Origin: Thermoleophilaceae bacterium
GTDB taxonomy: Bacteria > Actinomycetota > Thermoleophilia > Solirubrobacterales > Thermoleophilaceae
Direction: 5' to 3'
Assembly: GCA_036386455.1 (NCBI GenBank)
Contig: DASVVS010000037.1
Span: forward strand, 15,713-79,712
DNA: 64,000 bases
The notes beneath the pieces were generated by a model. It saw only the letters and a list, made by a program, of their open reading frames with translations, was not told the DNA's origin and made no database searches. A program made the position numbers and the translations under genes. Shown here piece after piece: positions 54,330 through 64,000 of this stretch; positions within the stretch are counted from its first letter, which is position 1; every line of letters begins with the position of its first letter.

Positions 54330-55586
54330 GTGCAACGCCAGTCCTCCGCATCCCACCTCGTGTCCGGCGCGCTCGGCGGCCTGATCGCCGTCGTGGTCGG
54401 CGCGATCCTGATCGCGACCGGCGTGATCGACACCGGCGACACCGTCGTGCAGCGCGAGGGCGCCCGCCCCACCGCGTCCGGCGGCGACGAGCGCGCCGGC
54501 TCCTCCGCCCAGACCGTGAACGACATCTACCGGCGCACCGACGCCGGCGTGGCCTACGTCCAGGCGCGCGGCGGCTCGGTCGGGCGCTCGCCGATCCCGG
54601 GCCTGCCGGCCCCGGAGGAGGGGCGCGCCAGCGGCTCGGGCTTCGCGATCGACCGCGAGGGCCACATCGTGACCAACGCGCACGTGGTCGAGGGCGCCGA
54701 GGAGGTTCGCGTGCGCTTCGGCGACCAGGACCTCGTGAAGGCGAAGGTGCGCGGCAGCGACCCCTCGACTGACCTCGCGCTCCTGAAGGTCGACCCGAAG
54801 AAGGTGAAGCTGCGGCCGATCCCGTTCGGCGACTCGAAGAAGGTCCAGGTCGGCGACCAGGCGATCGCGATCGGCAACCCGTTCGGCCTCGAGCACACGG
54901 TCACGACCGGGATCGTCTCCGCGCTCCAGCGCTCGATCGAGGCGCCCAACGGCTTCTCGATCGAGAACGCGATCCAGACCGACGCCTCGATCAACCCAGG
55001 CAACTCGGGCGGCCCGCTGCTCGACGGCAACGGGCGCGTGATCGGCATCAACGCCCAGATCGCGACCGGCGGCGGGGGCAACGGCTCGGTCGGCATCGGG
55101 TTCGCCATCCCGATCGACCTGGCCAAGCGGATCGTCCCGCAGCTCAAGGAGCGCGGCGAGGTGGAGCACGCCTACATCGGCGTGACCACCGCCCCGGTGC
55201 CGCAGGAGGCGCGCGGCCTGCCCACGCGCGACGGCGCGCTCGTGCAGGAGGTGGCGCCCGGCAGCCCGGCGGAGAAGGCCGGCTTCCGCGCGGGCCGCGA
55301 CAGGAGCCCCGACGGGATCGTGGTGCTCGGCGGCGACCTGATCGTGCGCGTCGACGGCGTGCAGATCAAGGAGCCGACGGACGTGGCGCAGGCGATCGCC
55401 GACAACAAGCCCGGCGACCGAGTCGGCATCGAGTACTACCGCGGCAAGAAGCTGCGCCGGCTGACCCTCACGCTCGGCGAGCGGCCCAGGCGCCTCCCGC
55501 AGGACGGCCAGGGGCGCGGCCAGGAGCCCGACCCGCCCGGCGGCGAGCCCGACGACAAGCCCGACCTGCCGTTCCAGGTGCCATGA
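54330..55586 (+). CDS. HtrA/DegP-family trypsin-like serine protease with PDZ domain
   Basis: 418 aa. N-terminal TM anchor, ...IVTNAHVV (His)...DLALLKV (Asp)...GNSGGPLL (Ser), and a PDZ-like ...GALVQEVAPGSPAEKAGF.... Confidence 0.92.
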   Translation: MQRQSSASHLVSGALGGLIAVVVGAILIATGVIDTGDTVVQREGARPTASGGDERAGSSAQTVNDIYRRTDAGVAYVQARGGSVGRSPIPGLPAPEEGRASGSGFAIDREGHIVTNAHVVEGAEEVRVRFGDQDLVKAKVRGSDPSTDLALLKVDPKKVKLRPIPFGDSKKVQVGDQAIAIGNPFGLEHTVTTGIVSALQRSIEAPNGFSIENAIQTDASINPGNSGGPLLDGNGRVIGINAQIATGGGGNGSVGIGFAIPIDLAKRIVPQLKERGEVEHAYIGVTTAPVPQEARGLPTRDGALVQEVAPGSPAEKAGFRAGRDRSPDGIVVLGGDLIVRVDGVQIKEPTDVAQAIADNKPGDRVGIEYYRGKKLRRLTLTLGERPRRLPQDGQGRGQEPDPPGGEPDDKPDLPFQVP

Positions 55587-55620
55587 CCCGCGTCCCCGTC
55601 ACCCGGCCATGACCCGCGTC
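55580..55620. repeat. 15-bp perfect direct repeat (gccatgacccgcgtc) with 26-bp period at the htrA stop / trpF start
   Basis: Read directly: 55580-55594 and 55606-55620 are identical. The second copy holds the trpF ATG. The first copy holds the htrA TGA and an ATG opening a 9-codon mini-ORF. Confidence 0.9.
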
Positions 55621-56249
55621 AAGGTCTGCGGCGTCGCCCGCCACGAGGACGCGCACCTCGCCGTCGAGCTGGGCGCGTGGGCGGTGGGCATGGTCTTCCA
55701 CCCCGAGAGCCCGCGCGCGTGCGACCCGGGAACGGCCGAGCGGATCGGGCTCGAGCTCAAGCGGCAGGCCGAGATCGTCGGCGTGTTCGTCAACTGGCCG
55801 CTCGACGAGCTCGAGCACATGGCCGACCGCGCCTCGCTCACGATGCTCCAGCTCCACGGCGACGAGGGCCCGGCCTACTGCCGCGAGGCCGCGCGCCGCA
55901 CCGGCTGCAAGGTGATGAAGGCGATGCAGGCCAAGGACGCCGCCGCCGTGCGCAAGCTCGTCTCCTACCGCGAGGTGGATCTGCACATGCTCGACGCCCA
56001 CTCGGAGGAGGTGCGCGGGGGGACCGGCACGACCTTCGGCTGGGAGCTGACCGAGCACCACCGCTCGCCGGTGCCGCTCGTGCTGAGCGGCGGGCTCCAC
56101 CCCGGCAACGTGGCCGGGGCGATCGAGCGGGTGCGGCCGTTCGCGGTCGACAGCGCCAGCGGCACCGAGGCCGAGCCGGGCGTGAAGGACCCCGAGCGGG
56201 TGCGGGCGCTGTTCCGCGCGGTCGAGCAGGCCGACAGCCGGGCGGCGGC

Positions 56250-56253
<4 letters not shown>
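55609..56253 (+). CDS. trpF: Phosphoribosylanthranilate isomerase
   Basis: 214 aa. MTRVKVCGV...[12 protein letters not shown]...LQLHGDE...SGGL.P.NV..AI....[11 protein letters not shown]. Confidence 0.92.
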
Positions 56254-57445
<1,192 letters not shown>

Positions 57446-57449
<4 letters not shown>

Positions 57450-58216
57450 GGCCCGCGGACCGGATCGCCGCCGCCTTCGCAGACGACGGCAAGAGCGCGG
57501 CGCTCATGCCCTACCTGATGGGCGGCTACCCGTCGCCGGAGGTCTCCGCGCGGGCGGCCCTCGCCGCCGCGGACAACGGCGCCGACCTGCTCGAGCTCGG
57601 CATCCCCTTCTCCGACCCGCTCGCCGACGGCCCGACCATCCACGCCGCGGGCACCGAGGCCCTCGCCAACGGCGTCACGCCACTGGCGGTGCTGCGCGTA
57701 TGCGAGCAGGTGTCGGAGGCGATCCCGGTCGTCTTCATGGTCTACGCCAACATCGCGCTCGCCGACGGATTCGTGGACCGCGCCGCCGCGGCCGGCGCGT
57801 GCGGCCTGATCGTGCCCGACCTGCCGCACGACGAGGCGGCGCCGCTGCGCGAGGCCTGCGACGAGCGCGGCCTGGCGCTCGTCCCGCTCGCCGCACCGAC
57901 CACCACGGACGAGCGACTGGCCGAGATAGCGGCCGACGCGCGGGGCTTCGTCTACACCGTCTCGCTGACCGGCACCACCGGCGAGCGCGACGCGCTGCCG
58001 CCCGGCCTGGCCGGCACGGTCAGACGGGTGCGCGCGGCGGCGGACGTGCCGGTCGCCGTGGGCTTCGGCATCTCCACGCCCGCCCACGCCCGGGCGGTGG
58101 CCGAGGTGGCCGACGGCGTGATCGTCGGAAGCCGCGTGGTGCGCGCCTCGGGCGAGGGCGGGGCGGAGGCGGTGGGCGAGCTCGTGGCCGAGCTGGCCGA
58201 GGCGCTCGTGCCCTAG
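57446..58216 (+). CDS. trpA: Tryptophan synthase alpha chain
   Basis: 256 aa from the internal GTG 57446 (GTGA overlap). ...[10 protein letters not shown]...[20 protein letters not shown]...GLIVPDLP...[12 protein letters not shown]...GFGIS.... Confidence 0.94.
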
Positions 58217-59037
58217 CTCGACGGCCGCGGAGCGGCCCCGCCCGCCGGCGCGGTCGGGTAGTAGTCCAGCACCGAGTCGTCCACGTGCGCGCCGGGCAGG
58301 ACCCCCGTCGGCAGCGTGGCCAGGATCAGGATCCAGCGGCGGCCGCCGCCGGTGTCGACCGTGAAGAAGTGCAGGTCCTTGGTGCCGCCGACGTCGACCG
58401 GCTTCGCGCCGGGCGCGCGGGCGAGCTGCGTGGCCAGCCGCTGCGGCGCGTTGCGCGTCTCGCGGAAGGTCTGGCAGTAGCGCCCGGCGTCGTCCTGCGC
58501 CGAGGTCACGAACGGCGCGGCCGGGCTGAGCAGCCGGAAGATCCGGCGGCAGTCGCCGGCCCGCTGCGCCTCCACGAAGGCCGCCGCGTTGGGCACGAAC
58601 CGCGGCTGCAGCTTCTGCTGGCTGCGGATCTGCGGGTCCGAGCCGGGCAGCGCCTGCACCTGCACCCAGCGCCCGTCCACGTCGAGCACCCACACCAGGA
58701 CGAAGAACCGGCCGTCGACCGTCCCCTCCACGATCGCCGCCGGGCCGATCACCTTCATGCGCTTCGACTTGAAGTCGAGCAGCGCCGTGAGCGAGGCGCC
58801 GCGGGCGCTGCACTCGGCGGAGTCCGGCGGGTCCTCCGGCCCCTTCCCGGGCGGGCGGATCGCGCTGTGGACGTAGCGGACGAAGGTCCTGCAGTCCTGA
58901 TCGGCCACCGCGCGCTCGTAGTCGGCCACGGCCTGCTCGAGCCGCTTCTGCGGCGAGGGCGCGCCGCCCCCGTCGCCACCGCCGCAGCCGGCGGCCGCCA
59001 CGAGGGCGAGGAGGACCGTGACGAGGGGCGCGCGCAC
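58213..59037 (-). CDS. Putative lipoprotein, unknown function
   Basis: 274 aa from the internal GTG 59037. Signal peptide with lipobox VRAPLVTVLLALVAAAGC. Shares a palindromic CTAG stop with trpA (convergent 4-nt overlap). Confidence 0.6.
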   Translation of the reverse strand: MRAPLVTVLLALVAAAGCGGGDGGGAPSPQKRLEQAVADYERAVADQDCRTFVRYVHSAIRPPGKGPEDPPDSAECSARGASLTALLDFKSKRMKVIGPAAIVEGTVDGRFFVLVWVLDVDGRWVQVQALPGSDPQIRSQQKLQPRFVPNAAAFVEAQRAGDCRRIFRLLSPAAPFVTSAQDDAGRYCQTFRETRNAPQRLATQLARAPGAKPVDVGGTKDLHFFTVDTGGGRRWILILATLPTGVLPGAHVDDSVLDYYPTAPAGGAAPRPSS

Positions 59038-59077
59038 GCACGGGAGGGTATGCGGCCGTTGATAGGGTCCGCTCCGG

Positions 59078-59590
59078 ATGGCCGAGGCAGCCACAGCCAG
59101 CCGCTCCGCCGAGGAGACCGCCCGCGCCGCCTTCGAGGCGTTCATCGCGCGCGACGTCGAGACGCTCCTGGCGAACTGGCACCCCGAGGGCATCCAGGAC
59201 TGGGTCGCGCTCGGGATCTTCCGCGGGCACGCCGAGATCCGCGAGCTGATGACCGGCCTGTTCGCCTCGATTCCGGACATCGACATGAGGATCGAGCAGG
59301 TGACCGCGGACGAGCGGCGCTGCGTGATCCAGTGGCGCTCCGCAGGCACGCACACCGGCCCCGCGTTCATGGGGATCGACCCCACCGGCCGCCGCCTCGA
59401 GCTGCGCGGCGTGGACGTCATGGAGGTCGAGGACGGCCTGGTCGTGCGCAACACCGTCTACTACGACGGCGCCGCCTTCGCCCGCGGGCTGGGGATGCTC
59501 CCGCCGCAGGACTCCGGCGCCGAGAAGATCATGATCGGCGCCTTCAACGGCGTGACCCGGCTACGGCGAGCGATCGCCGACCGGACCTAG
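59078..59590 (+). CDS. SnoaL-like / NTF2-fold (ester cyclase-like) protein
   Basis: 170 aa. ...AFEAFIARDVETLLANWHPEG...VTADERRCVIQWRSAGTHTGPFMGI.PTGRRLELRGVDVMEVEDGLVVRNTVYYD. Pattern of the ester cyclase/SnoaL family. Confidence 0.7.
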   Translation: MAEAATASRSAEETARAAFEAFIARDVETLLANWHPEGIQDWVALGIFRGHAEIRELMTGLFASIPDIDMRIEQVTADERRCVIQWRSAGTHTGPAFMGIDPTGRRLELRGVDVMEVEDGLVVRNTVYYDGAAFARGLGMLPPQDSGAEKIMIGAFNGVTRLRRAIADRT

Positions 59591-59598
59591 AGGAGACC

Positions 59599-59763
59599 AT
59601 GGGAACCATCGCCACCCTCACCGTGGGGCTGATCATCTGGATCGTGCTGTGGGCCAACGGGGCGAAGGCGTTCGACGCCTTCCTGATCCCGTTCTTCATG
59701 CTCATGGGCGCGGTCGCCGTGCGGATGATCATGCCGTACGTGCGCGAGCGGCTGCTGCCGTAG
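59599..59763 (+). CDS. Small (54 aa) two-helix membrane protein
   Basis: ATG 59599 preceded by AGGAGA (59591-59596). MGTIATLTVGLIIWIVLWANGAKAFDAFLIPFFMLMGAVAVRMIMPYVRERLLP. It is the tail of shadow ORF 57700..59763. Confidence 0.55.
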   Translation: MGTIATLTVGLIIWIVLWANGAKAFDAFLIPFFMLMGAVAVRMIMPYVRERLLP

Positions 59764-59796
59764 CGCCGGCCGGCGCGCTCCGCGAGCCGCGGCCGC

Positions 59797-60825
59797 CTAG
59801 CCGAAGAACACGCCGGCCTGCTCGTACTCCTCGGCCGGGACCGTGCGCAGCTCGGCGACCGCCTCCGCGAGCGTCACCAGCTCGACCCGCGCGCCGCGCA
59901 GCGCGGCCATCGTGCCCCAGCGCTCCTCCGACACGGCGTCGATCGCGGCGAGCCCGAACTGCGTGGCCAGCACGCGGTCGTAGGCGGTCGGCGTCCCGCC
60001 GCGCTGCACGTGGCCGAGCACGGTCGCGCGCGTCTCGTAGCCGGTCCGCTCCTCGATCTCGCGCTCGAGCCGCTGCCCGATCCCGCCGAGCCGCACGTGG
60101 CCGAACTCGTCGGTGCCGGCGGCGCTCGTCGCCATCGTGCCCTCGACCGGCGTCGCGCCCTCGGCCACCACGATGATCGCGAAGTAGCGCCCGCGCGCGT
60201 GGCGGCGCTTGATCAGGCGGCTGACCTCCTCGATGTCGAACGGCCGCTCCGGGATCAGGATCGCGTCGGCGCCGCCGGCGATGCCCGCGTGCAGCGCGAT
60301 CCAGCCCGCGTGGCGCCCCATCACCTCGACGATGAGCGTGCGGTAGTGGCTCTCGGCGGTCGTGTGGAGGCGGTCGATCGCGTCGGTGGCCACCTGCAGG
60401 GCGGTGTCGAACCCGAAGGTGCGGTCCGTGCCGCCGAGGTCGTTGTCGATCGTCTTGGGCACGCCGACGACGTTGATCCCGGCCGCGTGCAGCTTGGCGG
60501 CCGCGCCCAGCGTGTCCTCGCCGCCGATGGCGATCAGGCCGTCGATCCGGTTGTCCGCGAGCGACGCGCGCACGGTGTCCACGCCGTCCTCGCGCTTGAA
60601 CGGGTTGGTCCGCGACGAGCCGAGGATCGTCCCCCCGCGCGGGAGGATCCCGCGGACCGACTCGAGGGTGAGGTCCCTGGCGTCGCCCTCGAGAACACCG
60701 CGCCAGCCGTCGCGGAACCCTACGATCGCATGCCCGTAGCGATCGACTCCCTTGCGGACCACCGCGCGAATCACCGCGTTGAGCCCGGGGCAGTCGCCGC
60801 CGCCTGTGAGAACGCCGATGCGCAA
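59797..60825 (-). CDS. pfkA: 6-phosphofructokinase (PfkA family; ATP- or PPi-dependent not distinguishable here)
   Basis: 342 aa. RIGVLTGGGDCPGLNAVIR...AIGGEDTL...VGVPKTIDNDL.GTD.TFGFDTA...VEVMGRHAGWIAL...LGHVQRGG. TTG start. Confidence 0.94.
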   Translation of the reverse strand: MRIGVLTGGGDCPGLNAVIRAVVRKGVDRYGHAIVGFRDGWRGVLEGDARDLTLESVRGILPRGGTILGSSRTNPFKREDGVDTVRASLADNRIDGLIAIGGEDTLGAAAKLHAAGINVVGVPKTIDNDLGGTDRTFGFDTALQVATDAIDRLHTTAESHYRTLIVEVMGRHAGWIALHAGIAGGADAILIPERPFDIEEVSRLIKRRHARGRYFAIIVVAEGATPVEGTMATSAAGTDEFGHVRLGGIGQRLEREIEERTGYETRATVLGHVQRGGTPTAYDRVLATQFGLAAIDAVSEERWGTMAALRGARVELVTLAEAVAELRTVPAEEYEQAGVFFG

Positions 60826-62041
60826 GACGCCCGCAACATACCCCGCCCTCGCGACGCTGCTCGTCCTGCTCGCGCTCGTGGCGGCCGGCTGCGGCTCGGA
60901 CGACCCGCCCGAGCGTCCGGCCGACGGCGCGCTCGCGATCTACACGAGCGTCCCGCGAAGCGGCGTGCTCGCCCGCGACGGCGCCGCGATCGCCGCCGGG
61001 CAGCGGCTTGCGCTGCGCGACGCCGGCGGCCGGGCCGGCGAGCGGCGCGTGCGGCTCGTGGAGCTCGACAGCGCCGGCACGGACGACGACGAGCCGTGGG
61101 ATCCCGGCGCGATCGAGTCGAACGCGGAGCGCGCCGTCGACGACCCCGCGGCGGTCGCCTATCTCGGTGAGGCCGGGCTCGGCGGGTCGGCGGTGTCGGT
61201 GCCGGTCACGAACTCCGGCGGGCTCCTCCAGGTGAGTCCGGGCGACACCCTGCCGAGCCTCACCCAGCCGGCGCCGGGCGGCAGCGGCGAGGGGCCGGCG
61301 CGCTACTACCCGGAGGGCGGGCGCACGTTCCTGCGGCTCGTGCCGCACGGAGGGCTGCAGGCTGCGGTGCTCGTGGACTGGGCGCGCAGCCGGGGCGCGC
61401 GCAAGATCGCGATCGTGCGCGACGAGGGCCCGCTCGGGCAGGAGATGACCACCTGGCTCCTGGAGGCCGCCCGCCGCGCGCGGATCCAGGCGGAGGCGGA
61501 GCGCGTCCGGCCGGGCGAGGACGACTACGCCGACCTCGCGCGCGACGTGGCCGAGGAGCGCCCGGGCGCCGTGGTCCTGGCGATGGCGGCCGGGGAGGAC
61601 CCGGGCCGCCTGGTGCCCGCGCTGCGCGCGGCGCTCCCATCCGCGCCGATCCTCTCCACGAGCGGCGTCGCCGCCAACCCGCCCGCGGGCGTGGACTACC
61701 TCGACTCCCACCTTCCGCGCGAGGAGTACCCCCGCGGCGCCCGCAGGGTCCTCGACGGTGCGCGGGAGGCGACGGGCGCCGCCTCCCTCTACGGCTACGA
61801 GTCGATGCGCCTCGTGCTCGACGCGATCGCGCGCGCCCGCCCGCGGGGGACGGACGGCCGGGCGGCGGTGGTGCGCGCCGCGCTCGCTCCGCGCCGGACC
61901 GCGGGCGTGATCGGCCCGTACTCGATCGTCCGCGGCGGCGACGTGGCGACCTCCGTCTTCGGCGCGTACCGCGCGACGCCGGCGGCGCCGCGCCCGCTCG
62001 GCGTCCGCAGCGCGGAGACGGCCACCGCGCCGCGGCCGTGA
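60818..62041 (+). CDS. LivJ-like (type 1 periplasmic-binding fold) solute-binding lipoprotein
   Basis: 407 aa from the internal ATG 60818. Lipobox LLVLLALVAAGCGS. ...LAIYTSVPRSG...GLLQVSPGDT...YYPEGGRTFLRLVP.... Paralogous to the CDS at 63050. Confidence 0.7.
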   Translation: MRKTPATYPALATLLVLLALVAAGCGSDDPPERPADGALAIYTSVPRSGVLARDGAAIAAGQRLALRDAGGRAGERRVRLVELDSAGTDDDEPWDPGAIESNAERAVDDPAAVAYLGEAGLGGSAVSVPVTNSGGLLQVSPGDTLPSLTQPAPGGSGEGPARYYPEGGRTFLRLVPHGGLQAAVLVDWARSRGARKIAIVRDEGPLGQEMTTWLLEAARRARIQAEAERVRPGEDDYADLARDVAEERPGAVVLAMAAGEDPGRLVPALRAALPSAPILSTSGVAANPPAGVDYLDSHLPREEYPRGARRVLDGAREATGAASLYGYESMRLVLDAIARARPRGTDGRAAVVRAALAPRRTAGVIGPYSIVRGGDVATSVFGAYRATPAAPRPLGVRSAETATAPRP

Positions 62042-62970
62042 GGCTGGGCTACGCGCTCGCCGCGATCGCGGCCTCGCTCTGGGCGATCAACGCCAGCATC
62101 GGCTCGGAGCTCATGGACCGCGGGCTCGGCTGGGCACCGCTCTCGCAGCTGCGCGTGGCCGGGGCGTTCGTGCTGCTGGCGGCGGGCCTCGCGATCTTCC
62201 GCCGCGACCTGCTCAGGGTCGAGCGCTCCGCGGTGCCCGAGCTCGCGCTGCTCGGGGTGTTCGCGCTCGCGCCGGTCCAGGCCACGTACTTCCTCGCGAT
62301 CGACCGGCTCGAGGTCGGCCCCGCCGTCACGATCCAGTACCTCGCGCCGCTGCTCGTGCTGCTGTGGCTGCGGCTGTGGCTCGGCCGTGCGATCCCGTCC
62401 GGCCTCTGGTACGCCGTGGCGCTGTCGGTCGCGGGCTGCTTCTTCGTGGTCGAGGCGTACAGCGCGAGCTCGCTCGACGCCCTCGGCGTGGTGGCCGCCT
62501 TCGCGAGCGCGCTGACCTTCGCCACCTACATGGTGCTCTCCGAGCGCGCCGGTGCCCACCTCTCGCCGTTCACGACGATCACGTACGGGTTCGGCTTCGC
62601 GACGCTCACCTGGGCGGTCGCCCAGCCCTGGTGGCTGTTCCCCTTCGACGAGCTCGGATCCGCCCGCGACGGGCTGCTCGCGGCCGGCGTCGTGGTGATC
62701 GGCACGCTCCTTCCCTTCCTCGCCCTGGTGGCCGCGGTGGCCCTGATCCCCGCCGCGCGGGCGGGCGTGGTGGCCACTCTCGAGCCGGTCCTGGCGACCC
62801 TCTTCGCGTGGGTCCTGCTGGGGGAGGCGCTGGCCGGGTTCCAGGTGATGGGCGTGGTCTTCGTGGCCGCGGCGGTGGTCTGGGTCCAGCTCCACAGGCC
62901 GGACCTGGAGGCGGAGGCGGCACCCGGGCGCGGGGCCGCCTCGACCGCCGGGCCTAGCACAGGCACCTGA
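62038..62970 (+). CDS. EamA/DMT-family transporter
   Basis: 310 aa with ten hydrophobic helices in two EamA-like halves. GTGA overlap with the upstream gene. Confidence 0.8.
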   Translation: MRLGYALAAIAASLWAINASIGSELMDRGLGWAPLSQLRVAGAFVLLAAGLAIFRRDLLRVERSAVPELALLGVFALAPVQATYFLAIDRLEVGPAVTIQYLAPLLVLLWLRLWLGRAIPSGLWYAVALSVAGCFFVVEAYSASSLDALGVVAAFASALTFATYMVLSERAGAHLSPFTTITYGFGFATLTWAVAQPWWLFPFDELGSARDGLLAAGVVVIGTLLPFLALVAAVALIPAARAGVVATLEPVLATLFAWVLLGEALAGFQVMGVVFVAAAVVWVQLHRPDLEAEAAPGRGAASTAGPSTGT

Positions 62971-63049
62971 AAGGCGCATTGCTACGCCTAACACGGGAGC
63001 TGCGCGAGGTGTACGATCCCGGCAGTCCTGGCTAAACCGAGGAGGAATT

Positions 63050-64000
63050 TTGCGAGTACGTTGGTTCTTGATTGCGGCGCTGTGCGCCGTGTTCGCCCTG
63101 GGCGTGGCTGCCTGCGGCGACGATGAGGAAGGCGGGGGCGGCGGTGGCAAGGTCGAGGGGAACACCCTGACGATCTACTCGAGCCTTCCGATGCAGGGTT
63201 CGAACCGTCCGCAGTCGCTCGACGTCGTGGACGGCATGAAGCTGGCGCTCCAGCAGCGCGGCGGCAAGATCGGCAATTTCACGATTCAGTACAAGCAACT
63301 CGACGACTCGACCGCGCAGGCCGGCAAGTGGGACCCGGGCGCCACGCAGGCGAACGCCCGGAAGGTGCAGCAGGACAAGACGTCCATCGCGGTGCTCGGG
63401 GAGTTCAACTCCGGCGCATCGGCGATCTCGATCCCGCTGACCAACCGCGCGGGCATCCTGCAGGTGAGCCCGGCCAACACGGCGCTGGAGCTCACGAAGG
63501 ACGCCGGCCCGGAGGACAAGGGCGCACCGGAGAAGTACTACCCGTCGGGCAAGCGCAACTACGGTCGCGTCATCCCTGCGGACCACATCCAGGGCGCGGC
63601 TCAGGCCGACTGGCAGCAGGAGCTCGGAGTCAAGAAGCTCTACGTCCTGAACGACAAGGAGGTCTACGGAGTCGGTGTCGCGAAGACGACGGCCGACGCC
63701 GCCGCCAAGCGTGGCATCGAGGTGCTCGGCAACGAGGGCATCGACCCGAAGGCGCCGAACTACCGTGCCGTGGCCGCGAAGATCAAGGCCGCGGGTGCCG
63801 ACGCCGTGTTCTTCGGCGGGATCACCCAGAACAACGCGGGCCAGCTGTTCAAGGACCTCGGGGCAGCGATGCCCGACGTGAAGCTGTTCGGTCCTGACGG
63901 CGTGGTCGAGACGGAGTTCACGAAGGTGCTTCCGGAGGACGTGCAGGCTCGTACGTACCTCACGGTCGCGACGATCGATCCCAAGGACTACCCGGCGAAG
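63050..64000 (+). CDS. LivJ-like branched-chain amino acid ABC substrate-binding lipoprotein (3' end outside window)
   Basis: My own translation; not in the ORF track because it runs off the window. TTG 63050 preceded by GGAGGA (63041-63046). LRVRWFLIAALCAVFALGVAACGDDE... (lipobox), ...LTIYSSLPMQGSN...AVLGEFNSGAS...GILQVSPANTA...YYPSGKRNYGRVIP...VYGVGVA.... Confidence 0.75.
   Translation, partial: MRVRWFLIAALCAVFALGVAACGDDEEGGGGGGKVEGNTLTIYSSLPMQGSNRPQSLDVVDGMKLALQQRGGKIGNFTIQYKQLDDSTAQAGKWDPGATQANARKVQQDKTSIAVLGEFNSGASAISIPLTNRAGILQVSPANTALELTKDAGPEDKGAPEKYYPSGKRNYGRVIPADHIQGAAQADWQQELGVKKLYVLNDKEVYGVGVAKTTADAAAKRGIEVLGNEGIDPKAPNYRAVAAKIKAAGADAVFFGGITQNNAGQLFKDLGAAMPDVKLFGPDGVVETEFTKVLPEDVQARTYLTVATIDPKDYPAK

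Noticed and set aside
59763-59776. The 14-bp perfect palindrome gcgccggccggcgc between the convergent small-protein gene and pfkA, as a bidirectional rho-independent terminator.
   Set aside because: A perfect palindrome leaves essentially no loop and is not followed by a T-tract on either strand. It may act as a weak hairpin but cannot be called a terminator from sequence alone.

Overview
High-GC (about 70-80% in most hand-counted lines) Gram-positive, Actinomycetota-like chromosomal segment. I call about 62 tightly packed CDSs, with many GTG/TTG starts and 4-nt ATGA/GTGA overlaps. I recognised no rRNA, tRNA, CRISPR array, transposase or integrase. Most very long ORFs in the six-frame track are Arg/Ala/Pro/Gly-rich shadow frames typical of high-GC DNA, so real genes were often taken from internal starts.

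The window has three blocks.

(i) 1-4044: a lasso-peptide-type maturation operon on the minus strand. It encodes an ABC ATPase, an ABC-2 permease, a PqqD/B1 recognition protein, an HprK-like kinase, a B2 transglutaminase-like protease, and a probable AsnB-like cyclase cut by the window edge. It is divergent from a 172-aa ORF whose N-terminus matches the canonical lasso leader motif (YxxPxVxxxGxxxxxTx). That ORF then continues into a Gly/Ser-rich protein ending in a complete sortase sorting signal (LPFTG, hydrophobic helix, RRAARRRTRR). This is my top candidate for an undescribed system.

(ii) 4072-43966: a roughly 40-kb surface-glycan locus. It contains a Wzx flippase, a Wzy/O-antigen-ligase-like protein, a Wzz-like protein and an initiating phosphoglycosyl transferase. 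It also has seven GT2, four full-length GT4 plus one stand-alone GT4 N-domain, one Alg14/Alg13-type fusion and four GT-C-like membrane proteins. Modification genes include five SAM methyltransferases, a hexapeptide acyltransferase, UDP-galactopyranose mutase and an AsnB-type amidotransferase. MsrB, a LuxR regulator and a contiguous decaprenyl-phospho-arabinose module (UbiA-type DPPR synthase, DprE1, DprE2) complete it.

(iii) 44002-64000: housekeeping genes. These are an amidase, hisIE, a DUF2142 protein, and a trp cluster arranged trpD-trpC / MoxR-DUF58-transglutaminase-HtrA / trpF-trpB-trpA. A lipoprotein, a SnoaL-like protein, Pfk, two LivJ-like binding proteins and an EamA transporter follow.

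All functional calls come from motif and architecture recognition by eye. No database search was run.
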